The notes under the pieces were generated by a model. The model saw only the letters and a program-made list of their open reading frames with translations, was not told where the DNA came from and made no database searches. A DNA stretch of 63,820 nucleotides, filler included, from Octopus bimaculoides (lineage: Eukaryota): the NCBI RefSeq assembly GCF_001194135.2. It is 5 parts of 5 records of this genome, joined end to end, with 100 filler letters (N's around TTAATTAATTAA, not from the genome) between each part and the next. Parts side by side here need not be neighbours in the genome. Positions count along the whole stretch, not along the records: positions 1 to 22,150 come from NC_068987.1; positions 22,251 to 29,571 come from NC_068985.1; 3 more parts are not named here. One strand, given 5' to 3'. Of this stretch, positions 12,815 through 23,045 are shown one piece after another. The position numbers and the translations under genes were made by a program. Every line of letters begins with the position of its first letter. Position 1 is the stretch's first letter.

Positions 12815-13068
12815 TGGAGGCACGTGGCTTAGTGGTTTGGGTGTTGGACTCATAATTGTAAGATTGTAGTTTCGGTTCCTAGAACAGGCGACACGTTTGT
12901 TCTTGAACAAAACACTCCATTTCACGTTGCTCCAGTCCACTCAACTAGTAAAAATGAGTAATTCTGTGACGGACCGGCATCCCGTCCAGGTGGGGAATGT
13001 ATATGCCATGGAGACTTGGAAACTGGCCCTTATGAGTCAGTATGACTCCAGAACGTAACTTTATTTTA
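12815..13068 (+). mobile_element. tRNA-derived SINE family E
   Basis: A box TGGCTTAGTGG, degenerate B box, core TTGAACAAAACAC..TTGCTCCAGTCCACTCA, T-rich end. Confidence 0.7.
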
Positions 13069-13142
13069 TGGTAATTTGATGGTTACGGTGATCTTGGATC
13101 TGTGGGTTTACTTGATTGATCCAAATCAATTTAAATAACTGA

Positions 13143-13658
13143 CCAAGAGCAAATAATTCGGTAGAAGGGTTCCACAATGCTTTGCAGTCATCGATAACAT
13201 CCACACATCCAAATTTGTGGAAAATTGCGCACATTCGACAAAAAAAAAAAATGTCCTATCAAATGATTGATGCACGACTAAAGAAGCTAGTTGAGAATGA
13301 TCAATCTGAAAACGCTCTACAATTTTAAAGAAATATTGTACGCATGGTCATAAAAGAATTTTCTTCAAATATATTCAACTTTTCTTCATAGCTCTATTTT
13401 TATGTACTCACCATCATTTTTATGTAAATATGTGAATAAAATGTGAGCTAAAATGTATTCATATTCTTTATCTATTTTTATGTACTCGCTATCATTTTCA
13501 TCTTAATGTGTGAATAAAATGTGATCTAAAATGTATTCATATTACCTATAGTGAATTTTACCTATAGTGAATTTTACCTATAGTGAAATTTACCGTAGTC
13601 GAATTTATTGTAGTGGAATTTACAGCAGAGGAATTTACTGTAGTAGAATTTACCTAGA
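13143..13658 (+). mobile_element. MULE (Mutator-like) transposase 3' remnant with subterminal tandem repeats
   Basis: PRANNSVEGFHNALQSSITSTHPNLWKI..YQMIDARLKKLVEN; then a ~75-bp direct duplication and 15-16-bp GAATTT(T)ACYRTAGT units ending in CCTAGAACC. Confidence 0.65.
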
Positions 13659-13659
13659 A

Positions 13660-14275
13660 CCATTTGACGACTTTCTTCTTGACTATTCGTAGGTCAAAGG
13701 AGCACGCTACATCAACTATATAGCACATTTGGTGCACCTTGTCGACCACCACTAGGTCCGGTTTGTTATGCTCTAGCATCTTATCTGTTTGGATTGGGAA
13801 ATCCCAGAGGATTTTGCAAATCTCCAACTCTGTCACTTACTGCGGTTTGTGCTCATACCACATCTTGCCTCTCTCTAGCCCCCACTTTTTGGAGTTTCCA
13901 ATGTAACACTTTCGCTACCTTATCGTGTCGCCTCAGCTTGAAGTGGTTTTGAGCAAGTCTAGGGTGTTCGTTCGTGATATGGGCACTGGTTTCATCCATT
14001 CTGTTGCAGATGCAGCACAGCGGAGACACTTGCTCATTCCTAAGGTTGACCCTTCAATTTGTGGTCAAAGCTTGGTCTTGCGCTGCCAGCGTAGTGCTCT
14101 CAGTCTCTTTTTTCAGTGTTTCTTCCTTCAGCCAATCCCACCTGCGTTTTCCAGCAACTTCTGTTGTCGCTACATGGAACTGACTGTGTAGTCCGTTGTT
14201 GGGTAATGCTTCTTCATGCCCTTTTTGTATTTCCTTTGTTTTTCCTTTTTTCTCTGCTTTCAGTATCTCCCTCAT
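13660..14275 (-). mobile_element. Dong/R4 LINE, CCHC plus restriction-like endonuclease region
   Basis: RWDWLKEETLKKETESTTLAAQDQAL, SPLCCIC..DETSAHI, RHDKVAKVLHW, ILWDFPIQTD..HNKPDLVVVDK..VDVA; (TAA)n at the 5' junction. Confidence 0.85.
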
Positions 14276-14850
14276 TCCTATTATTATTATTATTATTACT
14301 AGCAGAGGCACCCGGCGTTGCTCGGGAATGAAATTGTTGCTTNNNNNNNNNNNNNNNNNNNNNNNNNNNNNNNNNNNNNNNNNNNNNNNNNNNNNNNNNN
14401 NNNNNNNNNNNNNNNNNNNNNNNNNNNNNNNNNNNNNNNNNNCACATTATTTTCATATACGCCTATATAATTGTGCGCGCGCACCCGCCTCTTTCTCTTT
14501 AACAAAAAATATATAAAATAATATTACGGAAATTAACGAACAACCAGCGACAAATGCGAGTAACAAACAACAACACGACAGTAGTCAAAGCAATACGTAT
14601 TGAGAGGCATTTTCTTATCTTCAATTATTTGTGTGTTTCCTTACAAACTGAAAAATGATCATCACACCAAAACTCAATGTTTTAGTTTCAGTAGTTAGTA
14701 TACATTTTGCATGTAAGTATCCCAGTACATTTTTACACAATGCGCATTTGGTACTTGTTGTTTTTCTGATCGTTGAGTTTATTACTGTTATGGTTAATAT
14801 GTTGTTATTCAGTCACAGGTGAAACTTCACTGAATAGAAATATCATCCAA

Positions 14851-15092
14851 GGCGGCGAGCTGGCAGAAACGTTAGCACGCTGGACGAGATGCTTAGCGGT
14901 ATTTCGTCTGCCTTTACGTTCTGAATTCAAATTCCGCCGAGGTCGACTTTGCCTTTCATCCTTTCATCCTTTCATCCTTTCGTAAGTACAAGTTACGCAC
15001 TGGGGTCGATGTAATTGATTTAATCCATTTTGTCTGTCCTTGTTTGTCCCCTCTATGTATAGCCCCTTGTGGGCAATAAAGAAATAAGAAAT
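14851..15092 (+). mobile_element. tRNA-like SINE family B (CpG intact)
   Basis: GGCGGCGAGCTGGCAGAAACGTTAGCACG..GTTCTGAATTCAAATTCCGCCGAGGTCGACTTTGCCTTTCATCC; about 10 copies in the window. Confidence 0.85.
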
Positions 15093-15896
15093 ATCATCTA
15101 AAAATTCATTACCACATTGTTCTTTCTCTCAGGTGTTGAATACAAAAGTTAGTTTTATGTAATACACCTTTCCGTTTCTAATACCAAAGGGTGTAATTGC
15201 TTGATTTCCATCAAGTTGACAAACAACATAGAAACCCGTTATATATTCGTGGATAGATCGCACCATTGTATAGGGAGCACAAGTGGATAGGTCGTACCAG
15301 TTGATAGGTCGCATCCTTAGTTTGGGGTTGTTAACGTAGATGTTTGCGGTTGACTCGTAGATAGGTCGCAGAGTAATTTGGTGAGTTACATTGGCCTCTT
15401 TATAACGTAAGTATAGCTAATATTTGTTAAATATTATCAAATATTCACCTTTATTTCTAAACTTTATTTGCAAATATAAAAATATTTTTGCGGCAGGGAC
15501 TTTATGAAAGGTCGGGTCTTTAAATCAGCTCATCGCGAATTACAATATTAAAAAAGTAGTAGTTAAAATTTAAAAAGTTGTGTGCGTGCGCGCGTGAAGA
15601 AACTTACACAGAAGTTTTGTATCAAAATTGGACTTAAGCCGTGATTGTTGATACCCTAAGAACCGTGTCTGCGCGCGTGTATGTATAGGGGTGGAGAAGG
15701 GGTCGGTGTGAGCTCGCAAGAAAATCATTTATGGAAGTCTACACTTAAATGTTGTATTAGAATATTGAAAACGTGCTATTTTTTTTTTGTAAAATCGTAA
15801 CTTCCTCTATCGAAAACAGGAATCCGAAGAAAATTTTGGAAAAAAAAAAAAAAAAATTAAGGTGATGGAGTGCTTATACTTTACCTCCGCCATTAC

Positions 15897-16021
15897 ATGT
15901 ATGTATGTATGCATGTAAGTAAATATGTATGTATGTATGTACACACATGTATGTATGTAAATATGTACGTATGTATGTATGTACGTTTGTATGTATGTAT
16001 GCATGTATGTATGTATGTACG

Positions 16022-16055
<34 letters not shown>

Positions 16056-16157
16056 TGTATGTACGTATGTATGTATTTATGTATGTATGCATGTATGTAT
16101 GTAAATATGTATGTATGTACGTATGTATGTATGTATGTATGCATGTATGTATGTAAT

Positions 16158-16191
<34 letters not shown>

Positions 16192-16290
16192 TGTACGTAT
16201 GTATGTACGTACGTATGTATGTATGTATGTATGTATGTATGTATGTATGTATGTTGTATGTTGTATGCATGTATCTACATGTATATGTAC
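15897..16290. repeat. ~390-bp (TATG)n array with TACG/TAAA/CATG variant units
   Basis: Read directly. Confidence 0.95.
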
Positions 16291-16558
16291 TAGCGGGGCC
16301 CATGAATATTTCGCGGAATTAATAGTAAACCTATTGGGTCGTTCCTGAAAACTTTTCCAAAAAGTCTGAAAGCGTTGCCTGTGCTGTGTCTGAATCAAAG
16401 GGTAGCCACTCATCTGCTATTCATTGAAAAATGAAGGAAATCAGTATTTCACATTCAAATAATGACCATTTTTACACTCACCTTTATGTACCTAGTTGTC
16501 TCTGGAATCAAAAATATTTTGAGAAAGGCAAAAAGCATTATACTGAAGGAGGAGGATT

Positions 16559-19320
16559 TTGTCAGCTATGCAGTGTCAAAAGTTAAACTTGAAGCACGAC
16601 ATGAAGACGATTGAAAGTAGTGACGAGTTAACAAGAATCAAGCGAAAACTAATCCTAAATCATTACCTATTGATAGAAAAAGAAATTCTGGTCATTTTCA
16701 ACTATAGTAGTTTTGCTGTGCAAAAACATTATGGAAAGTTTTCCCCCGATAAAAAACAACACAAATGTCAAATAAGTCGCAAGTTCGATCATACAGAAGG
16801 GTTTTTGTTTGCTTAATGGTTCAAGGGAAGTAAGCAAAAGTCTAATCAATCAAGGGAGGTAAGCAAAAGGTTTTCCAGTTATCCGCTCGTTACAACCAAG
16901 AAAATCAATGTTATTTATGCCAGGTTTAAAGTGGATTAAAAAAACAAAAATCTGACTGATTGTCTAGAGTTGGGAGAAACACACACAAAAACAAATGCGC
17001 CAGAGGAAGAATATCCACCCGTTTTCAAAGATTTCTTGTGGCCTCGCCAGTTATACAAATTACATTTGTCACAAAAACCTATACAGCCTATATTTAGGCC
17101 TCGCAGAGCAGTTCTGTATGCAGTCCAATCCAAGGTTGACAGAGAGTTAGACCGTCTGGTACAATTAGACATAATGAAACCTGNNNNNNNNNNNNNNNNN
17201 NNNNGCAGTTCTGTATGCAGTCCAATCCAAGGTTGACAGAGAGTTAGACCGTCTGGTACAATTAGACATAATGAAACCTGTCAACTATTCAACTTGGGCA
17301 GCACTAGTATTGGTGGCTAGCAAAGCAAACGGTTCTATTCGCTTTTATGCAGATTTTTCGATTCGATTAGAAGACCATTCCAACCTACTGATTCCTGAAG
17401 ACATTTTCAGCAAGCTTAATGGTGGTCGTTACTTCACAAAAATAGATCTGGCTTATGCTTACTTACAAATTGAAGTTGATGATAAATTCAAAACAACTGT
17501 TAAAATTTAATCCTCACAGAGGTCTTTACCAATATTCGAAATGAAAAACGGCTCCAGCTATATTTCAACAAGTAATGGATTCAACGACCGCAGACATATC
17601 TGAAGTTCCAACTTATTTGGACGATATTATAGTGACTGGTTCAATGAATGAAGAATTGTTTCATCGATTGGATACTCTTTCCCATAAAATGAATTCATTT
17701 GGTTTTCAAGTAAAAGAAAATAAATGCAATTTTATATGACATCAATAAAATATCTTTGATTTATTATAAACAAAAACAGTTGTAAAACAGCCCCAACAAA
17801 CGTAGAAGCAATTCTGAAAATGTCAGTTCCATCAGATGTTAAGCGACTGAGATCATTCTTGGGCTCCTTAGCTATTAATGTATGTTCCTACCTTCCATGC
17901 ATCGTTTGAGTGAACCTTTAAACCATCTGCTTCAGAAAGATACAAAAATACAAAGTCTTTGAAGAGGCGAAAGAATTATTGCAATTCTAATTTATTACTA
18001 ACTCATTATGACTCGAAATTGGAAATAACAGTGGCTGCAGATGCATTGGATTATGGTATCGGAGCTGTCATATCTCATGTATTACCAGATGATACTGAAA
18101 AGGCAACTGCACGCGCTGCTCGTACCCTGAGTAAAGCGGTAAGACACTGCGGTCAAATTGAAAAAGAAGTATTAGTTCTTAGGTTTGGAGTTAAAAGATT
18201 TTACAAAATGTTGCACGGAAGATCTTTTTTTTTTTATTTACCAATGATAAATCCTTTGTATCTATTTTCGGTTCGGAAAAAAGTGCGTTCTAGTTTATAC
18301 AGCAAATCATTTACAAAGATGAGCAACAATGATACTGGGGTATAACTTTCAACTCAAATAGAAGGCAATGAGTGAATCTGATAAAGCTGATGCATTATCA
18401 TATCTCCTGGTGAATCGAAAAGTTAGACAACAAAAATGTTGTTATTGCTTCCATGTCTGTGGAAAAGACGTGCAAAATGTTTTATTTACCGTAACAGATA
18501 TGGTTCCGGAAGCAACAAGAGATGATTCTACCTTGAATTTAGTTTGTAGATATCAACGAACAGGTTGGCTAAAAAAAACCAAAAAAAAAACCAGTCAGAA
18601 GATCTGAAAGTGTTTTTCCAACGGTAAGAGGCTTTATCATCAGTGAATGATTGTACTATTCCTAAGAAATTACAAAATCTTGATTTATAACAGTTACATA
18701 TGGTCCACCAAGGTATAAATCGTATGAAATCTCTTGCTAGGATTTATGTGTCCAAGCCTAACATTGACAAATACTTAGAAGAAGTAGTACTTGTCATAGA
18801 TGTGTGCAGGCAAGAAAGACACTTAGAAGGTCTGATTGGCAACCACGGCTAGTACCCAAAAAGCTATGGACCAGGGTTCGCATTGATTTTGATGGTCCTA
18901 CAAATGGTAAATATTTTTTATTACGTAATGGATACTGTTTCTTAGTGGCGTGAAATTTTCATAATCACTGCTATTTCAACTTCATCCATAATTCACTAGC
19001 TAAAGCAAGTATGCAGTCATTTTGGTTTTCCAGAAATCCTAGTTTCAGATATTGGACCTCAGTTTATGTAGTCAAGTTTCCCTTGAAGAGGAATCTCTTG
19101 CAGAACTTGTGATTGGGTGACAAATTCAAATAATTATGAAGAATATTTTGCTACATAATTGTAGAAAAAAAGCAAAGCGAATTTAATTGATCAATTCAAT
19201 GGCAATTAATAAAGGTAAGTTTAGTTTGGACGCCATGTATAGTTAAAAAGCGATGTGGAAAATCTATGAGGTTTAAGTGGATAATTAAATCTAATTCCGA
19301 ATAAGAGAGATACCCCTGAA
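16559..19320 (+). mobile_element. Gypsy/Ty3 LTR retrotransposon gag-pol remnant (K02A2.6-like), no LTR pair found
   Basis: RT: PIFRPRRAVLYA..KPVNYSTWAA..FSKLNGGRYFTKIDLAYAYLQI, YLDDIIVTG; RNase H: LLTHYD..AADALDYGIGAVISH..QIEKE; integrase: HQGINRMKSLAR, RVRIDFDGP; heavily disrupted. Confidence 0.9.
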
Positions 19321-19630
19321 TATTTTGCAGGAAGAATTCAGTTTACCTTCATCACAAGAATATACGCAAAAGAAAGATTTCCGAAGTCAACTCAAACAAA
19401 ATTCAACATGAGTACGCCAGAAGCCAAACTATTATTTTAGGCCAGCACAAAAATTCTGGCAGTTGAATTTAATTTTTTTTGTTGATGGGGGATTGGTTAG
19501 GGATAAGACGACCCGACCAATAACTTTTTAGCACATAAACGTGGGGTTCAACTTGTCGCGTCTCTGGAAGTCAGTTCCTTTTCCATGTATGCGTGCACGA
19601 ACTTTATACTGTACTTAACAGAATATAACT

Positions 19631-19679
<49 letters not shown>

Positions 19680-19702
19680 CACACACATATAATCATTATA
19701 TC

Positions 19703-20261
19703 ATTATATTAGAGGAAAAATTTAAAAAAAAACCAAGGCAGAACGAGTATCTCAAGTCATTTAGAATAATAAACTAATTAGAGTAAGATGAATTTGAAGT
19801 TTTTCAGCTGTTTCTGAGTTAACCCAAATGGTTGGTTAGCACGTCTGTGTACTGGGTATTCCATCATCCGAGACAAAGTATGAATATTTTAGACGGAAAA
19901 TTCATAGATTACAAGGAATAAAATTCGCAGTGTATAAGAAATAAAATAGAAGAATAAAGAGTAAAAGTAGTTAGAAGAATATAGGCAGGAGAATAATGTT
20001 CACAACTCACCTTTTCCACAAGATATGGATGTTGGTCGGTGCTTCCATGAAGGAACAGGTTTTTAGTGAAAATCGCAGGTAAATCTCGGCAGTATTTTGT
20101 CTCTGATGACGGTATAACCAGTGCACGGACATGCTAACCAACTATTTGGCTTATCCCAGAAACGGCTGTAAGACTTCAAATTCACCTTACCCTAATTAAA
20201 TTATTTTAGATTATTTGAGAAGCTCGTTCTGCTTTGCTTTCGAATTTTCCTCCAATATAAT
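19703..20261. mobile_element. Inverted pair of ~170-bp repeats, probable Penelope-like pLTR relic
   Basis: 19703-19880 is the reverse complement of 20093-20261; the ungapped 106-bp core has 17 mismatches (~84% identity); tails point outward; carries a hammerhead motif. Confidence 0.6.
20099..20174 (+). ncRNA. Type-I hammerhead ribozyme-like motif with long stem II
   Basis: GTCT-CTGATGA-(49 nt)-GAAA-C GGCT G-TA-AGAC; stem I GTCT/AGAC; first stem II pair is non-canonical C.A. Confidence 0.5.
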
Positions 20262-20807
20262 ATATACCTTGTATAACGGAACCCTAAATCGGATCCCTAG
20301 ATCCAGGCTTAGTTGTGATCTTGGAACCTAACAGTCGATCAACTATAGCACTTACCTAGCTTAACTATTCGTTTAGATCATAAGTGAACTAAATCTATCA
20401 TATTCTTTGTGCGTGTGTGCTTATATATACATATATAAATATATATATGTATATGTATATNNNNNNNNNNNNNNNNNNNNNNNNNNNNNNNNNNNNNNNN
20501 NNNNNNNNNNNNNNNNNNNNNNNNNNNNNNNNNNNNNNNNNNNNNNNNNNNNNNNNNNNNNNNNNNNNNNNNNNNNNNNNNNNNNNNNNNNNNNNNNNNN
20601 NNNNNNNNNNNNNNNNNNNNNNNNNNNNNNNNNNNNNNNNNNNNNNNNNNNNNNNNNNNNNNNNNNNNNNNNNNNNNNNNNNNNNNNNNNNNNNNNNNNN
20701 NNNNNNNNNNNNNNNNNNNNNNNNNNNNNNNNNNNNNNNNNNNNNNNNNNNNNNNNNNNNNNNNNNNNNNNNNNNNNNNNNNNNNNNNNNNNNNNNNNNN
20801 NNNNNNN

Positions 20808-20845
<38 letters not shown>

Positions 20846-20862
20846 ATAGATAGAAATGGCAA

Positions 20863-21522
20863 GTACATGCGCCTATATGTATATACTTATCCACCCTTAC
20901 TTGAAACACACACATGCTCACCCAACCATTCGCCAAAAAATATATACATATTCGCATACACGCTCGCACACAGAGACACACGCGCACAAAAAAGGTTCAT
21001 ACACACGTCTATATACGCACATACTCGCATGCACGCACACACACACGTGTAATATACGCACATACCCGCACACGTCTATATACGTCTATACGCACATGCA
21101 CACGTCTGTATACGCACACGCGCCCGTCTATATACGCACATGCGCATGTGCGTATATAGACGTGTGTATGAACCTTATTCCTTTGTGCGCGCGTGTATAT
21201 GTGCGTATATAGACGTGTGCGGGTATGTGCGTATATTAGACATGTGTGTGCTTGCATGCGAGTATGTGCGTATATAGACGTGTTTTACGCTTATTGCTTA
21301 TGTTTTACATTTTTTTGCACATTTTTCTGTATTTTGCTTTTAGCCCTGTTTTTTCTTGTGCATGTGCGTATATAGACGTGTGTATGAACCTTTTTTTGTG
21401 CGCGTGTGTCTGTGTGTGCAAGCGTGTATGCGAATATGTATATATTTTTTGGCGAATGTTTGGGTGAGCATGTGTGTGTTTCAAGTGAGGGTGCATGAGT
21501 ATATACATATAGGCGCATGTAC
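20863..21522. mobile_element. Fold-back element/MITE with ~160-bp TIRs and modular internal repeats
   Basis: 20863-21022 vs 21362-21522 revcomp: 6 mismatches plus 1 indel; repeated CGTCTATATACGCACAT module in both orientations; perfect 38-bp palindrome 21125-21162. Confidence 0.8.
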
Positions 21523-21718
21523 GTGAGTGAGGGAGAGCATGTGTATGTATGGACATTAGCGCTTACACTACACGATTACTATGAACATTTTTACTCCCAC
21601 ACCTTTAGACCCTCCCCTTACTTAGCAGTCATTCTAATAGCTCTTTTGTCTTAATACCGGTCAACCACACAGTAATTTCCCATTGTTTTAACGGTCATTT
21701 TCATAGCATTTTTTCGAT

Positions 21719-21790
21719 GGCCTGATAACTGAAGAGATGCCGGTGTGAGTTTCCGCCCCTACATCCGAAACTCGGAGTTTTATCATGGCT
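21719..21790 (+). ncRNA. Type-I hammerhead ribozyme motif (Penelope/retrozyme-like)
   Basis: Stem I GGCC-TGATAA / TTATCA-T-GGCT, core CTGAAGA (21729-21735), stem II GATG/CATC plus one extra C, GAAA (21767-21770), stem III CTC-G-GAG, cleavage triplet GUU. Confidence 0.7.
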
Positions 21791-22031
21791 ACCGAATAAT
21801 TGTCACATATTATATTTACACACACATATATATATAATACAAATAATAAATGAGTATATGCATATATACGTACGTGTATGTACATACTTACATCTACCTG
21901 TATATATAGATGCATATCTGGGTACAGGACATTGCAAACAAAGCGTAGACAAAATGATAACGAGTACAGAAAACACACAGGCCATATAGAGAACATCTCC
22001 TTCATCAGCTGCCACCATTCTAACACAGGCG

Positions 22032-22110
<79 letters not shown>

Positions 22111-22150
22111 GTTTCTTTATTAGCCACACAGGGCTCAACACAGAGTGGAC

Positions 22151-22250
22151 NNNNNNNNNNNNNNNNNNNNNNNNNNNNNNNNNNNNNNNNNNNNTTAATT
22201 AATTAANNNNNNNNNNNNNNNNNNNNNNNNNNNNNNNNNNNNNNNNNNNN
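22151..22250. other. Artificial scaffold join (44 N + TTAATTAATTAA + 44 N)
   Basis: Exactly 100 bp; the 12-mer has stops in all six frames; identical at four sites. Confidence 0.95.
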
Positions 22251-22442
22251 GTGTGTGTGTGTGTGTGTGTGTGTGTGAACATATATATGTGTGTGTGTGC
22301 GTGTGTGTATGCTTACAAAAAAAATAATATTAACAGCCGTTTGTGTATTTGTGTGTGTGTATGTGTGTGCGTGTGTCTATGTATGTTTCGGTGTCTGTGT
22401 GTAGTCTCTGCCTGTCCATGTATTTACTCTCTCTCTCTCTAT

Positions 22443-22473
<31 letters not shown>

Positions 22474-22619
22474 AAGATGTCTGGTTATATTTCTATGTTT
22501 GTATCTATATTTCTATTTATCTCATGCTTGTCTACCTACCTGCCTGCCTGCCTGCCTGCCTGCGTCGCTGACCAACTGACTATTTATCTGTCTCACTCAT
22601 TATACCTTTTTTTTTCCAA

Positions 22620-23045
22620 AGCAGCGAGCTGGCAGAAACGTTAGCACGCCGGGCAAAATGCTTAGCGGTATTTCGTCTGTCGTTACGTTCTGAGTTCAAA
22701 TTCGTGCGAGTTCCTCTTTGCCTTTCATCCTTTCGTGGTCGATCAATTAAGTACCAGTTATGCACTAGGGTCGATGTAATCGACTTAATCCGTTTGTCTC
22801 TCCTTGTTTGCCTCCTCTATGTGTAGCCTCTTGTGGGCAATAAACAAAACAGGAACGCTAGCACGCCGGGCGAAATGCTTAGCTGTATTTCGTCTACCGC
22901 TACGTTCTGAGTTCAAATTCCGCCGAGGTCGACTTTGCCTTTTATCCTTTCGGGGTCGATAAATTAAGTAGCAGTAGGATACTGGTCGATCTAATCGATT
23001 AGGCCCCTCCAATAAAATGTCGGTCATTGTGCCTAGAGAAGAAAA
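22620..23045 (+). mobile_element. Two tandem SINE family B copies (CpG intact)
   Basis: Heads at ~22620 and ~22855 match 14851. Confidence 0.85.

Noticed and set aside
15874-16413. HTYI/MYVC repeat ORFs, and all similar CV/YI/HT and X-filled ORFs in the track
   Set aside because: Stop-free microsatellites and N gaps.
17108-17280. Exact 76-bp direct repeat in Gypsy RT
   Set aside because: The copies flank a 21-N gap (17108-17183 and 17205-17280), typical of an unmerged contig overlap.
19480-19630. Gypsy 3' LTR after a purine tract
   Set aside because: No matching 5' LTR upstream of 16559.
19999-20135. Minus-strand exon-like frame ending AAG|GTGAGT
   Set aside because: It lies in the repeat forming the inverted pair and is better explained as pLTR sequence.
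21960-22030. Minus-strand GCAG-CTGATGA-AGGAGA..TCTCT hammerhead-like start
   Set aside because: No GAAA box or stem III follows.
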